A stretch of 64,000 nt of DNA. It comes from an uncultured Rhodospirillaceae bacterium. Lineage in GTDB: Bacteria; Pseudomonadota; Alphaproteobacteria; Azospirillales; Azospirillaceae. The stretch spans positions 44,404 to 108,403 of the forward strand of contig CALBDS010000044.1 of the NCBI GenBank assembly GCA_937927415.1. Direction: 5' to 3'. The notes under the pieces were generated by a model. That model was not told the DNA's origin. It ran no database searches and saw nothing but the letters and a program-made list of their open reading frames with translations. Shown here piece after piece: positions 36,074 through 45,758 of this stretch; the first letter of the stretch is position 1; each line of letters opens with the position of its first letter. The translations under genes and the position numbers were made by a program.

Positions 36074-37819
36074 TTATCCCGCAAGAACCGCCAGCGCCTC
36101 GCCCACGAAACCACCTCCGGCCATGACGGTGCGGGCCAGGCCGGGAGCGGCGGGGGCGATGTTGGCGGCGTAGAAGCGGGCAAGCACGATGCGGCGCTCC
36201 AGATCGGGGCTGGTGTCCCCCGCCTGCTGGCGGGTGCGGGTGGCGACGGCCCCCTTGGCAAGCAAAGCCCCCCCGGCGGTCAGCCCGAACAGCTGCAGAT
36301 AGGGGGTGGCCCCGGCCAGCGCCTGTTCCGGCGTGCGGCCCGCGGCCAGCAGCCAGCCGGTCGCCTGTTCCAGCGCGTCCAGCGCGGCGGTGAGGTCCGC
36401 GGCGGAATCACCCAGCACCGCTGCGGCTTCCACCGCAATGGCCTTCCACTCGGCCAGCAGGGCGGAGACCAGGGCGCCGCCCTGGCGCGGCAGCTTGCGG
36501 GTCACGAGGTCGATGGCCTGGATGCCGTTGGTGCCCTCGTAGATCGCGGTCACGCGCACGTCGCGCAGGTGCTGCGCCGCCCCGGTTTCCTCCACCACCC
36601 CCATGCCGCCGTGGATCTGGATGCCCAGATCGGCCACCGCGATGCCGGTGTCGGCGCAGAACGCCTTCACGACCGGGGTCAGCAACCCGGCCAGCGCCTC
36701 CGCCTCCTCATCATGGCCGCGTTCGGCGCGGTCGATGGCAGCGGCGGTGACATAGGCGACAGCGCGCGCCGCCGCGGTCCGGGACGCCATCGACAGCAGC
36801 ATCCGCTGCACGTCGGGGTGTTCGACGATCGGGCACGGTCCTGCCCCGTTCAGAGATCGCCCCTGCTTGCGCTCGCGGGCGTAGGCCAGGGCCTGCTGGG
36901 TGGCGCGTTCGGCGATGGCGACACCCTGCAGCCCCGTCGCCAGACGGGCGCGGTTCATCATGGTGAACATGCAGGCAAGGCCGCGGTTCTCCTCCCCCAC
37001 CAGCCAGCCGACGGCACCGCCGGCATCGCCGAAGGCCATGGTGCAGGTGGGGCTGGCGTGCAGGCCCAGCTTGTGTTCGATCCCAGCGCACCGCAGATCG
37101 TTGGCGGTGCCGTCGGGCAGGATCTTCGGAGCCAGAAACAGGGAAATCCCCTTGGTTCCCGCCGGGGCGTCGGGCAGGCGAGCCAGAACCAGATGGACGA
37201 TGTTGTCCGTCAGATCGTGTTCGCCGTAGGTGATGAAAATCTTCTGCCCGGTGATGCGATAGGTGCCGTCACCCGCCGGCACCGCGCGGGTGCGCAGCAG
37301 CGCCAGATCGGATCCCGCCTGCGGTTCGGTCAGGTTCATGGTGGCGGTCCATTCACCCGACACCAGCTTCGGCAGATAAGCGGCGCGCAGGGCATCGCTG
37401 CCATGGGCCAGCAGCACATCGACGGCCCCCTGCGTCAGCACCGGCCCCAGACCGAAAGCCATGCAGGCGGCGGTGTGCATGTCCATCACCGCGGTGTTGA
37501 GCATCACCGGCAGCCCCGCCCCGCCCCAGGCATCGGGCGCGGCCACCCCGTTCCATCCCCCTTCGCGCCACTGGGTATAGGCGGCGGGGAAACCCGGCGG
37601 GGTGGTCACCACGCCGTCGGTCCAGCGCACGCCGGTGCGGTCGCCGGGGGTGTTGAGCGGGGCCAGCACCCCTTCGGCAACGGCGCCGGCCTGATCCAGC
37701 AGGGCGGTGACCAGATCCTGGTCCAGACCCTCGAACAGCCCGTCGGCGATGATGCCGTCCAGTCCGGCGATGTCGGTCAGGGTGGCGATGATGTCGCGTG
37801 TGGGTGCGGTGAAGCTCAT
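36074..37819 (-). CDS. Long-form acyl-CoA dehydrogenase (DmdC/FadE-like, about 581 aa, with N- and C-terminal extension domains)
   Basis: The sequence reads MSFTAPTRDIIATLTDIAGL...GGWNGVAAPDAWGGAGLP...WTATMNLTEPQAGSDLA...ITGQKIFITYGEHD...IEHKLGLHASPTC...IYEGTNGIQAIDL. Confidence 0.9.
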   Translation of the reverse strand: MSFTAPTRDIIATLTDIAGLDGIIADGLFEGLDQDLVTALLDQAGAVAEGVLAPLNTPGDRTGVRWTDGVVTTPPGFPAAYTQWREGGWNGVAAPDAWGGAGLPVMLNTAVMDMHTAACMAFGLGPVLTQGAVDVLLAHGSDALRAAYLPKLVSGEWTATMNLTEPQAGSDLALLRTRAVPAGDGTYRITGQKIFITYGEHDLTDNIVHLVLARLPDAPAGTKGISLFLAPKILPDGTANDLRCAGIEHKLGLHASPTCTMAFGDAGGAVGWLVGEENRGLACMFTMMNRARLATGLQGVAIAERATQQALAYARERKQGRSLNGAGPCPIVEHPDVQRMLLSMASRTAAARAVAYVTAAAIDRAERGHDEEAEALAGLLTPVVKAFCADTGIAVADLGIQIHGGMGVVEETGAAQHLRDVRVTAIYEGTNGIQAIDLVTRKLPRQGGALVSALLAEWKAIAVEAAAVLGDSAADLTAALDALEQATGWLLAAGRTPEQALAGATPYLQLFGLTAGGALLAKGAVATRTRQQAGDTSPDLERRIVLARFYAANIAPAAPGLARTVMAGGGFVGEALAVLAG

Positions 37820-37851
37820 GCCGCGTCTCCTCCCTTTTGTGCTTTGCTATT

Positions 37852-37872
37852 ATTGTGATGAAACATAACAAT
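37852..37872. promoter_or_regulatory. Candidate MarR operator (site A) in the divergent ACAD/marR promoter region
   Basis: ATTGTGATG-AAA-CATAACAAT has the core TGTGAT-N5-ATAACA. It lies in an AT-rich patch 43 bp upstream of the ACAD ATG and 99 bp upstream of the marR ATG. It shares its core with sites at 42273 and 48096. Confidence 0.45.
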
Positions 37873-37960
37873 GATGAATGTGTCAAATCCGCTGTGCAGA
37901 GGCGGGAAACTTGCTATGTTCCTTACAACCGATCCTTCCCGTTGCCTGCAGACCCTCATC

Positions 37961-38557
37961 ATGACCGACACCATCGCCAAACCACCGCGGACCCGCCGCC
38001 CAAAGGCGCCCCCGGCCCCGCCGCCCGGTGACGAGACGCCGGTGGACGCGGCTGAAACGGTGGATATGGGGCTGCTGGGGGAATCCATCGGCTTCCTCTT
38101 GAAACGGGTGCAGATGGCGGTGTTCACCGATTTCATCCGCACTTTTTCCCCCGCCGACATCCGCCCGGCGCAGTTCTCGGTGCTCATCATCGTCGCCCGC
38201 AACCCCGGCCTGAAGCAGTCGCAGGTCAGTGCCGCACTCAGCATCAAGCGGACCAATTTCGTCCCGCTTCTGGATTCGCTGGAGGCGCGCGGGCTGGTCA
38301 AGCGCAAGCTGGCCGCCACCGACCGCCGGTCCCACGCCCTGCACCTGACGGCCAAGGGCACGGCACTGGTGGGCGAACTGACCGCCCTGTGGCACGAGCA
38401 CGAGGGCCGCATCCGCACGCTTCTGGGCGGTGACGATGCGCATGCCCATCTGTGCGGCCTGCTGAACCGCCTGACGGACATGGGCGGCCCGGTTGACGAC
38501 GACGCCGACACCGACGCCCCCCCTCCCCCGAAACCCCGCCGCCGGAAACCGGAGTAA
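37961..38557 (+). CDS. MarR-family transcriptional regulator
   Basis: This is the internal ATG of ORF 37871..38557. The winged-HTH region reads IRPAQFSVLIIVARNPGLKQSQVSAALSIKRTNFVPLLDSLEARGLVKRKLAATDRRSHALHLTAKG. The C-terminal tail is Pro/Arg-rich. Confidence 0.85.
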   Translation: MTDTIAKPPRTRRPKAPPAPPPGDETPVDAAETVDMGLLGESIGFLLKRVQMAVFTDFIRTFSPADIRPAQFSVLIIVARNPGLKQSQVSAALSIKRTNFVPLLDSLEARGLVKRKLAATDRRSHALHLTAKGTALVGELTALWHEHEGRIRTLLGGDDAHAHLCGLLNRLTDMGGPVDDDADTDAPPPPKPRRRKPE

Positions 38558-38600
38558 AAAAGACGGGATCCAAGGGCCATCCGGCCCTTGGCCGGGAAGC

Positions 38601-38623
38601 GCGAAGGGCGGGCCGCCCTTCGC
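38601..38623. terminator. Bidirectional hairpin between the convergent marR and SDR genes
   Basis: GCGAAGGGCG-GGC-CGCCCTTCGC forms a 10-bp stem. A second hairpin, AAGGGCC-ATCC-GGCCCTT, lies at 38572-38589. Confidence 0.4.
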
Positions 38624-38636
38624 TCCCCCTCCTTTG

Positions 38637-39398
38637 TCAACGGGGAGGCAACCGCAAGGCTCCATCCAGCCGGATCACCTCCCCGTTCAACGCCGGATTC
38701 CGCACGCAAGAGAGCGCCAGATCGGCGTATTCCTCCGGCTTACCCAACCGCTTGGGGAACGGGATCGACGCCCCCAGGCTGGCCTGCACCTCGGCCGGCA
38801 GCGTGTGCATCATGGGGGTAAGGAACAGCCCCGGCGCGATGGTCATGACGCGGATGCCGAACTGCGCCAGTTCACGGGCCGCCGGCAGGGTCAAGGCTGC
38901 GATGCCGCCCTTGGACGCGGCATAGGCCGCCTGCCCCACCTGCCCCTCATAGGCGGCGACGGAGGCGGTGGAGACGATCACCCCCCGCTCGCCATCCTCC
39001 AGCGGCTCCAGGGTCGCCATGTCCGCCGCAGCCAGCCGCAGCATGTTGAAGCTGCCCAGCAGGTTGACCCGCAGCACGCGGTCGAACTCCTCCAGCGGCT
39101 GGGGGCCGTCGCGGCCCAGGATGCGCTTGGCGGTGCCGATCCCGGCGCAGTTGACCAGCACGCGGGCGGCCCCATGGGCCTCCCGCGCGGTGGCGATGGC
39201 GGCGGATGCCCCCGGCCCGTCCGACACGTCACAGCGCACGGCGATGCCGCCGATTTCATGGGCGACGGCGGATGCCACGTCGGGGTTGATGTCGAACACG
39301 GCGACTTTGGCCCCGGCGGCGGCCAGCGCGCGGGCGGTGGCCGCCCCCAGCCCCGATCCGCCGCCGGTGACGATGGCAGCCTGTCCCTGGATATCCAT
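38637..39398 (-). CDS. SDR-family 3-hydroxyacyl-CoA dehydrogenase (type-2/HSD17B10-like)
   Basis: This is the internal ATG (M10) with GAAGGAAG upstream. The sequence reads AAIVTGGGSGLGAATARAL...NCAGI...STASVAAYEGQVGQAAYAASKGGIAALTLPAARELAQFGIRVMTIAPGLFLTPMM. Confidence 0.9.
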   Translation of the reverse strand: MDIQGQAAIVTGGGSGLGAATARALAAAGAKVAVFDINPDVASAVAHEIGGIAVRCDVSDGPGASAAIATAREAHGAARVLVNCAGIGTAKRILGRDGPQPLEEFDRVLRVNLLGSFNMLRLAAADMATLEPLEDGERGVIVSTASVAAYEGQVGQAAYAASKGGIAALTLPAARELAQFGIRVMTIAPGLFLTPMMHTLPAEVQASLGASIPFPKRLGKPEEYADLALSCVRNPALNGEVIRLDGALRLPPR

Positions 39399-39424
39399 GA
39401 TGTGAACTTCCTTCTTCACGATCA

Positions 39425-39447
39425 CCCTCTCCCGCCCCGGGAGAGGG
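39425..39447. repeat. REP-type GC hairpin between the fcs-like and SDR genes
   Basis: The hairpin is CCCTCTCCCG-CCC-CGGGAGAGGG. It belongs to the same hairpin family as 52233-52255 and 52382-52404. Confidence 0.55.
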
Positions 39448-39451
39448 CTTA

Positions 39452-41326
39452 TCAGGCGGTGGCGCGTTCGCGGCGGGCGGGGACGGCGGCGACCAGCACG
39501 TCCGGCCCCGGCCGGTCGGCGTAGAGGGCCTCGATCAGGGCGGTGCGGCGGGCCAGCATGATCTTCTGGTTCAGCGAGCCTTTGTCCGTGATCTCCCCGG
39601 CGTCGAGCGAGGGGCGGTCATCCATGACGATGGCGCGGGCGATGCGGTTGGAACTGCCCGTCCCCTTGGCGGCGAAGCTGTCGAGGAATTCCTGAAAACG
39701 GGCGCGCACGGCCGGGTGGCGCACCACCTCGGCGTCGGCCAAGCCGCGGGCGAAGTCGGGGCAGTAATCGCGGCAAGCGGCCATGTCGGGCAGGATCAGC
39801 ATGGCCACGTCGTCGCGGTCGTGGCCGGTGATGACCACATCGCTGACCAACGGAGCGAAGTGCCGCTGGACCTCGGCGCGCAGCGTGCTGACGCTGACCC
39901 AGGTGCCGGTGGCGAGCTTGAAATCCTCCGAAATGCGCCCGTCGAAGAGGAAGCCCATGTCGGGATCGGCGGGATCGACGAAGCGCAGGGCATCGCCCAT
40001 GCGGTAATACCCCTCCTCGTCAAACGCCTTGGCGGTCAGGTCGTCCTGGCGCCAATAGCCCGGCGTGACGTTGGGGCCGCGCAGGCGGAATTCCAGCTTA
40101 TCGGCGACGGGCACCAGCTTCACCGTCACCCCCGGCGCCGGCACCCCGACCACGCCCGGCCGGTCCACCGCGCGGTTGCAGATCATGGCCGAGGGGGCGG
40201 TTTCGGTGGACCCGAGGCTGGTGACGAACACCACCTTTTCCCCGCAGGTCTCGATCGCCATCTCCTCCAGGCTTTCCCAGATGTGCGGCGCCAGCCCGGC
40301 CCCGGCGTAGAACAGCGCCTTCAGCCGGCTGAAGAAGGTGCGGCGCAGGTCGGCGTCGGCGCGCAGGTGGGGGACCAGCGCCTCGTACCCCTTGGGCACG
40401 TTGAAATAGACGGTGGGGGCGATGTCGCGCAGATTGACGACGGTGGGCCGGATGGCATCACCCACCGGCTTGCCGTCGTCGATGTAATACGAGCCGCCGT
40501 TGTAGAGCGCGATGTTGAAATTCTGGTTGCCGCCGAAGGTGTGGTTCCACGGCAGCCAGTCCACCAGCACCGGCGTCTCGTCGGCCAGGAAGGCGTAGAT
40601 CTGCCGCAGCATTTCCTGATTGCAGCACAGCATGCGCTGGGTGTTGATAACCCCCTTGGGCATGCCGGTGGACCCGGACGTGAACAGCAGCTTGGCCACC
40701 GTGTCCGGCCCGACCGCATCGTGGGCGGCATCCACCGCCGCGGTCGGCTCGGCGGCTTCCAGAGCGGCGAAGGGGGTGACGGCCAGACCGTCGGGGATGC
40801 CGGTGGTGGTGACGATCTCCACCCCGGCCGGCACCGCGGCGCGCAACGCCCGCTCGAAACGCACGCCGTCGGCGGCGAACACCAGCCCCGGCGTCACCAG
40901 CCCCAGCACATGGCGCAGCTTGGCGTAATCGGAACTGACCAGGGAATAGGCGGTGGACACCGGCGCATAGGGGATGCCGGCGTACTGCGCCGCCAGCCCC
41001 AGCAGGGCGTGTTCGATGTCGTTGCCCGACAGGATGGCGATGCCGCGGTCGGGCGACAGACCGCGGTCGATCAGCGCCTGGGCAATCCGGCGCACCTGCG
41101 CCAACGTGTCGGCGTAGGTCAGTTCGCGCCACCCGCCGTCCGCGGTGCGCTGGGCCAGGAACAGATGATCGGGGCGTTCGCGCGCCCAGCGTTCCAGGCA
41201 CAGGGTGATCTTGTCGGGGTGGGGCACCAGCTCCATGGCGGAGCGGACCAGCAGAGTGCCGTCGGCCCGGCGGTCCACGGACACCGCCGTGGCGCCGAGG
41301 CGCGCGGGGCGCATCGGATGCGTCAT
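39452..41326 (-). CDS. AMP-dependent synthetase/ligase of the feruloyl-CoA synthase (Fcs) type, 624 aa
   Basis: It has the AMP-binding motif LLFTSGSTGMPKGV. The motifs WLPWNHTFGGNQNFNIALYNGGSYYIDDG and GDALRFVD...GFLFDGRISEDFKLATGTWV are characteristic of roughly 620-aa Fcs-like enzymes, as I remember them. GGGAGGAA lies upstream of the ATG. Confidence 0.8.
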   Translation of the reverse strand: MTHPMRPARLGATAVSVDRRADGTLLVRSAMELVPHPDKITLCLERWARERPDHLFLAQRTADGGWRELTYADTLAQVRRIAQALIDRGLSPDRGIAILSGNDIEHALLGLAAQYAGIPYAPVSTAYSLVSSDYAKLRHVLGLVTPGLVFAADGVRFERALRAAVPAGVEIVTTTGIPDGLAVTPFAALEAAEPTAAVDAAHDAVGPDTVAKLLFTSGSTGMPKGVINTQRMLCCNQEMLRQIYAFLADETPVLVDWLPWNHTFGGNQNFNIALYNGGSYYIDDGKPVGDAIRPTVVNLRDIAPTVYFNVPKGYEALVPHLRADADLRRTFFSRLKALFYAGAGLAPHIWESLEEMAIETCGEKVVFVTSLGSTETAPSAMICNRAVDRPGVVGVPAPGVTVKLVPVADKLEFRLRGPNVTPGYWRQDDLTAKAFDEEGYYRMGDALRFVDPADPDMGFLFDGRISEDFKLATGTWVSVSTLRAEVQRHFAPLVSDVVITGHDRDDVAMLILPDMAACRDYCPDFARGLADAEVVRHPAVRARFQEFLDSFAAKGTGSSNRIARAIVMDDRPSLDAGEITDKGSLNQKIMLARRTALIEALYADRPGPDVLVAAVPARRERATA

Positions 41327-41439
41327 GGTAAGCGTTCCTCCCGAGAACGCGCCGGGCGGGATGTTGCGGTCCCGCTTTCCGGCTTTTGCGTGGTGGTGTC
41401 AGGGCACGGCGGGGGCGTCGTTGCGCCCGGCCCGCGGCC

Positions 41440-42243
41440 TTAGAATTCGGTCACCTTCTTGGCCCGCTTCTCCAGGAAGGCACGCAGCCGCTGCTTGGCG
41501 TCGTCGCTGCCCTGGGCCACGGCGGCCATCAGCGATTCCATCATGAAGCCCTGGCGGGGATCGGCCTCGGCGATGCGCGGCAGGGCGTGGATGACGGCGA
41601 AGTTGGTGATGGGGGCGTTGGCGGCGATGCGCCCGGCCAGTTCCAGCGCCTTGGGCAATCCCTCGCCCGGCTCCACCAGATACTGCGACAGCCCCAGCGC
41701 GTAGCCGCTTTCGGCGTCATGCACCCGGCCGGTCAGCATCATGTCGGCCATCCGCGCCGCCCCGATCAGCCGCGGCACCCGCACCGACGCACCACCACCG
41801 ACGAAGATCCCCCGCTGCCCTTCCGGCAGGGCGTAATAGGCGGTGCGCTCGGCCACCCGGATATGGGTGGCGCAGGCCAGTTCCAGCCCGCCGCCGACCA
41901 CCGCACCCTTCAGCACCGACACCACCGGCACCCGGCCGAATTCGATCTTCTCGAACGCGCGGTGCCACATCATGGAGTGGGCAACCCCCTCCACCGTCGA
42001 GCGTTCGGTGATCTCCGACAGGTCCAGCCCGGCGGAGAAATTGTCCCCGTCCGCCGCGATCACCACCGCGCGGGCTTCCGGCGGCAGGGCGGCGAAGAAC
42101 GTCTCGATCCCCAGAATGGTTTCATCGTTGAGCGCGTTGCGCTTTTCCGGCCGCGTCAGCCACAGGACCGCCACATCGCCCCGCAGTTCCGCCCGCAGGG
42201 AAGCCGGCAGCACCGCTTCCATCATCCGTTCACCGGCAGTCAT
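41440..42243 (-). CDS. Enoyl-CoA hydratase/isomerase (crotonase) family protein
   Basis: The sequence reads LWLTRPEKRNALN...DNFSAGLDLSE...PVVSVLKGAVVGGGLELACATHIRVA...GIFVGGGASVRVPRLIG. Confidence 0.9.
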   Translation of the reverse strand: MTAGERMMEAVLPASLRAELRGDVAVLWLTRPEKRNALNDETILGIETFFAALPPEARAVVIAADGDNFSAGLDLSEITERSTVEGVAHSMMWHRAFEKIEFGRVPVVSVLKGAVVGGGLELACATHIRVAERTAYYALPEGQRGIFVGGGASVRVPRLIGAARMADMMLTGRVHDAESGYALGLSQYLVEPGEGLPKALELAGRIAANAPITNFAVIHALPRIAEADPRQGFMMESLMAAVAQGSDDAKQRLRAFLEKRAKKVTEF

Positions 42244-42272
42244 GGTTCGACCTCACATTTATCAAGCATCAT

Positions 42273-42289
42273 TGTTATGAATTATAACA
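42273..42289. promoter_or_regulatory. Candidate MarR operator (site B) upstream of the crotonase-fcs-SDR operon
   Basis: TGTTAT-GAATT-ATAACA is centred 38 bp upstream of the crotonase ATG, in an AT-rich patch. Confidence 0.45.
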
Positions 42290-42358
42290 TTTGAGGGCGG
42301 GCAGGGCAACGCGGTCTTGGCGTTGTTCCACAAGGTTTTTTCCGCCCTGCCCCGCCTC

Positions 42359-43189
42359 TCAGCAGGACATGAGCACCGGAACCGTCATGTGCCCCAGGAT
42401 GTGGCGGGTGCCCCCGCCGCCGCGGTGCAGGCCGGGGAAACCGCTGCCGGCCGCGTGCGCGCCCATCACCAACAGGTCGGCCCCCTCGTCCGCCGCACGG
42501 TTCAGCAGCATGTCCATCATGCCGATGCCGTCGGCGGCCAGGATCTCCACCGCGGCGGGAATGCCGTGGCAGGACAGGTGCCGCACGCAATCGGCGGTGC
42601 TGGCCTGCTCCTCCTCCGGGTGGCGGCTGAAGACGGCCAGGGTGGCGCCCTCCCCGCCCGCCATCAGCGGCAGGGCGTCGTTGAGCGCGCGGGCCGATTC
42701 GCGGCTGTGGTTCCAGGCGATCAGCGGGCGGCGGAACGGCACCGCCACCGGCCCGGCATAGGGCACCACCAGCACCGGGCGCCCGGCGTGCTGGATCACC
42801 TGCTCCACCATGCCCGGCGGCACCAGGGAGGAGCCGTCGTCGGCCTCCTGTCCCAAAATCGCCAGATCGACGTGGCGGGCGGCATCGGCGATGCATTGGA
42901 TGACTTCCGCCGCACCGCCGCGGTTGGCATCGCGCCATTCGGCCCCCGCCAGCCCCTCGGTAACGGCGGCGAAGGCGTCGCGGCTGGCCGCGGCGGCGGC
43001 GCGGTAGGCATCGCCCGGCCACACCGACACCACCCCCACCGAATGGGGCTTGCCGTGCTCGGCGAACAGACCCAGCAGGCGGGCGCCGTGGCGGCGGGCC
43101 AGATCCACCGCCAGCGCCAGCCGCACCGGCGCGCGGTGCCCGTGGTCGAGGTGGACCAGAATGTTGCGGACAGGATAGGTGTTCGACAT
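42359..43189 (-). CDS. Universal stress protein with tandem Usp domains
   Basis: It has two UspA-like halves: ...ILVHLDHG...LAILGQ...GRPVLVVP and ...LIAWNHSRES...ADLLVMGAH...TRHILGHMTVPVLMS. Confidence 0.85.
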   Translation of the reverse strand: MSNTYPVRNILVHLDHGHRAPVRLALAVDLARRHGARLLGLFAEHGKPHSVGVVSVWPGDAYRAAAAASRDAFAAVTEGLAGAEWRDANRGGAAEVIQCIADAARHVDLAILGQEADDGSSLVPPGMVEQVIQHAGRPVLVVPYAGPVAVPFRRPLIAWNHSRESARALNDALPLMAGGEGATLAVFSRHPEEEQASTADCVRHLSCHGIPAAVEILAADGIGMMDMLLNRAADEGADLLVMGAHAAGSGFPGLHRGGGGTRHILGHMTVPVLMSC

Positions 43190-43212
43190 GGGTGTTCCCC
43201 CCTACGGCCCCG

Positions 43213-43941
43213 TCAGGCCGCCTGGCCCGACAGGCCGAGATAGCTTTCGATCACGCGGGGATCGGCGGCCAGCGTGGTTGCCGGCCCCTCCAGCGTCACG
43301 GTTCCGGTTTCCATCACATAGCCGTAGTCGGCGATGCGCAGTGCGGCGCGGGCGTTTTGTTCCACCAGCAGGATGCCGACCCCGGTGCGGCGCAGGTCCG
43401 ACACCAGTTCCAGGATCTCCTTCACGATCCGCGGCGCCAGCCCCAGGCTGGGTTCGTCCAGCATCAGAACCCGCGGCTTCGCCATCAGGGCGCGGCCCAT
43501 GGCCAGCATCTGCCGCTCGCCCCCCGACATGGTGCCCGCCGCCTGTTTGCGGCGTTCCTTCAGCCGGGGGAACAGGGTGTAGACCTCCTCCAGCGCGTCG
43601 GCCGTGCGCTCGCCGCGCGGGCGGGTGTAGGCGCCCAGACGCAGATTGTCCTCCACCGCCATGGTGGCGAACAGTTCGCGCTTTTCCGCCACCAGGGCGA
43701 TGCCGGCGGTCACACGCTCCTCGATGGACAGGCTGTTCACCGCCCGGCCCTGGAAGCGGATGGATCCCGTGGACGGCAGTATGCCCATGGCCGCGTTCAA
43801 GAGCGTGGTCTTGCCCGCCCCGTTGGCCCCCACCACCGTAACGATCTGGCCGGGCTGGATGGACAGGGACACCTGCCGCACCGCCTCGATCCGGCCATAG
43901 GAGACCGACACGCGGTCCAGTTCGAAAAGCGGTCCGCTCAT
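43213..43941 (-). CDS. Branched-chain/aromatic-acid type ABC transporter ATP-binding protein (LivF-like)
   Basis: This is the internal ATG of ORF 43213..44790. The sequence reads LFELDRVSVSYGRIEAVRQVSL...GANGAGKTTLL...MSGGERQMLAMGRAL...LMLDEPSLGLAP. Its ATG overlaps the upstream stop. Confidence 0.9.
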   Translation of the reverse strand: MSGPLFELDRVSVSYGRIEAVRQVSLSIQPGQIVTVVGANGAGKTTLLNAAMGILPSTGSIRFQGRAVNSLSIEERVTAGIALVAEKRELFATMAVEDNLRLGAYTRPRGERTADALEEVYTLFPRLKERRKQAAGTMSGGERQMLAMGRALMAKPRVLMLDEPSLGLAPRIVKEILELVSDLRRTGVGILLVEQNARAALRIADYGYVMETGTVTLEGPATTLAADPRVIESYLGLSGQAA

Positions 43942-45758
43942 TCGATTCCTCCCAGATAGGCTTCCAGGACGGCCGGGTCGTTGCGGATGTCGGCGGGCAG
44001 ACCCTCGGCGATCTTGGCGCCGAATTCCATCACCACCAGCCGGTCCACCAGACCCATCACAAAGTCCATGTCGTGTTCGACCAGCAGGATGGCCGTGCCC
44101 TCCGCCCGCAGGCGGCGGAGCAGGTTGCCGAGTGCCTGCTTTTCCGCGTGGCGCAGGCCGGCGGCGGGTTCGTCCAGCAGCAGCAGCATGGGGTCCAGGC
44201 ACAGCGCACGGGCGATTTCCACCACCCGCGCCTGCCCCAAGGCCAGCGTCCCCGCCGGGCGGTGCAGGCTGTCGCCCAGGCCGCACCGCTCCAACTGCCG
44301 CACGGCCTCGTGCCGCAGACGCGCCTCCTCGGCCCGGTCCAGGCGCAGCACTGCCCCCATCACCCCGGCATGGCCCCGCAGGTGCGCGCCCAGCATCACG
44401 TTGTCGAGAACGCTCATGGTCGGCAGCAGCTTCACATGCTGGAAGGTGCGGGCCACACCGCGGCGGGCGACGGCGCGCGACGGCAAGCCGCCGATGCGCG
44501 CCCCTTGCAGCCGCACATCCCCCGCCGACGGGCGCAGGACGCCGGTCACGAGGTTGAAGGTGGTGCTCTTGCCCGCCCCGTTGGGACCGATCAGGCCGAT
44601 GATCTCCCCCGCCTTGACGTCGAAGGTCACATCGCGCACCGCCAGCAGACCGCCGAAGCTCTTTTGCAGCGAACGCACGTCGAGGAGCGGCGACCCGGCG
44701 TCTGGCATGTCCCGGCGGGGCAGCGGTTCGGCATCGGTGGGCACCGGCGCCGCCACACGCGGCGGGAACAGCCGCTGCACCAGCGGCCACAGCCCGTCAC
44801 GGGCGTATTGCAGCAGCAGCACCAGCAGCACGCCGAAGATGATCGCCTCGAAATTGCCCGAGCCGCCGAACAGGCGCGGCAGAATGGCCTGAAGCTGGTC
44901 CTTCAGCAACGTGACCACCGCGGTTCCCGCCACCGCACCCCAGATGTGGGCGGCCCCGCCGACCACCGCCATGAACAGATATTCGATGCCGGCGTTCAGC
45001 CCGAAGGGGGTGGGGTTGACCGCCCGCTGCACATGGGCGAACAGCCACCCCGACACCGCGGCGAGAAGGGCTGCGTAGACGAAGGCCACCAGCTTCACCC
45101 GTCCGGTATCGACGCCGAACGCCTCCGCCGCCGTGACACCGCCGCGCAGGGCGCGGATGGCCCGCCCGATGCGGGAATCCAGCAGCCGCAGCGTGGCGAA
45201 CGCCGCCAGCAGCACAAAGGCCCAGATGACGTAATAGGCCGCCCGCCCCTCGTACAGCGGATACCCGGCGATGCTCAGCGGCGGGATGCTGGAAATGCCG
45301 TCGTGGCGCCCCAGCGCGTCCATGTTGCCGAACAGGTAATAGAGGCTGATGGCCCACGCCATGGTGCCCAGCGGCAGATAATGGCCGGACAGCCGCACCG
45401 TCATCAACCCCAGCACCAGCGCCACCACGCCGGTCAAGGCCACCGCCAGCGGCAGCGTCAGCCACGGCGACAGGCCGTAGGTGGTGGTCAGCACCGCCGT
45501 GGTGTAGGCGCCGAAACCGCAGAACGCCGCCTGCCCGAACGAGGTCATGCCGCCGATGCCGGTCAGCAGCACCAGCCCCATGACGGCCAGCGCCGCCATG
45601 CCGATGCTGTTCAGCAGGGTGATCCAGATTTCCGGGGTGACGGGAACCAGGGGCAGCACGGCGCCCACGGCCAGCAGCGCCAGCCCGGCGCGGCGGGACG
45701 CCCCGCCGCCGAAGCCCGCCCACGCGGGCGGCAAAGTCTTGGAGGACGGCACGCTCAT
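43938..45758 (-). CDS. Fused LivM-type permease and LivG-type ATPase, 606 aa
   Basis: The N-terminal roughly 340 aa are polytopic: ...[21 protein letters not shown]...[22 protein letters not shown]... The C-terminal ATPase reads [20 protein letters not shown]...[12 protein letters not shown]...[15 protein letters not shown]...[10 protein letters not shown]. Confidence 0.9.
   Translation of the reverse strand: MSVPSSKTLPPAWAGFGGGASRRAGLALLAVGAVLPLVPVTPEIWITLLNSIGMAALAVMGLVLLTGIGGMTSFGQAAFCGFGAYTTAVLTTTYGLSPWLTLPLAVALTGVVALVLGLMTVRLSGHYLPLGTMAWAISLYYLFGNMDALGRHDGISSIPPLSIAGYPLYEGRAAYYVIWAFVLLAAFATLRLLDSRIGRAIRALRGGVTAAEAFGVDTGRVKLVAFVYAALLAAVSGWLFAHVQRAVNPTPFGLNAGIEYLFMAVVGGAAHIWGAVAGTAVVTLLKDQLQAILPRLFGGSGNFEAIIFGVLLVLLLQYARDGLWPLVQRLFPPRVAAPVPTDAEPLPRRDMPDAGSPLLDVRSLQKSFGGLLAVRDVTFDVKAGEIIGLIGPNGAGKSTTFNLVTGVLRPSAGDVRLQGARIGGLPSRAVARRGVARTFQHVKLLPTMSVLDNVMLGAHLRGHAGVMGAVLRLDRAEEARLRHEAVRQLERCGLGDSLHRPAGTLALGQARVVEIARALCLDPMLLLLDEPAAGLRHAEKQALGNLLRRLRAEGTAILLVEHDMDFVMGLVDRLVVMEFGAKIAEGLPADIRNDPAVLEAYLGGIE

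Noticed and set aside
36032-37858. A 608-aa plus-strand ORF. The same artefact class covers 39716..41443 (+), 44073..45980 (+), 48219..49646 (+), 49656..51014 (+), 53291..54676 (+) and 61045..62478 (-).
   Set aside because: Each is antisense to a well-supported gene (ACAD, the fcs-like ligase, LivMG, the ferredoxin reductase, the P450, ligI and the SBP). Each has Gly/Arg/His/Gln-rich composition.
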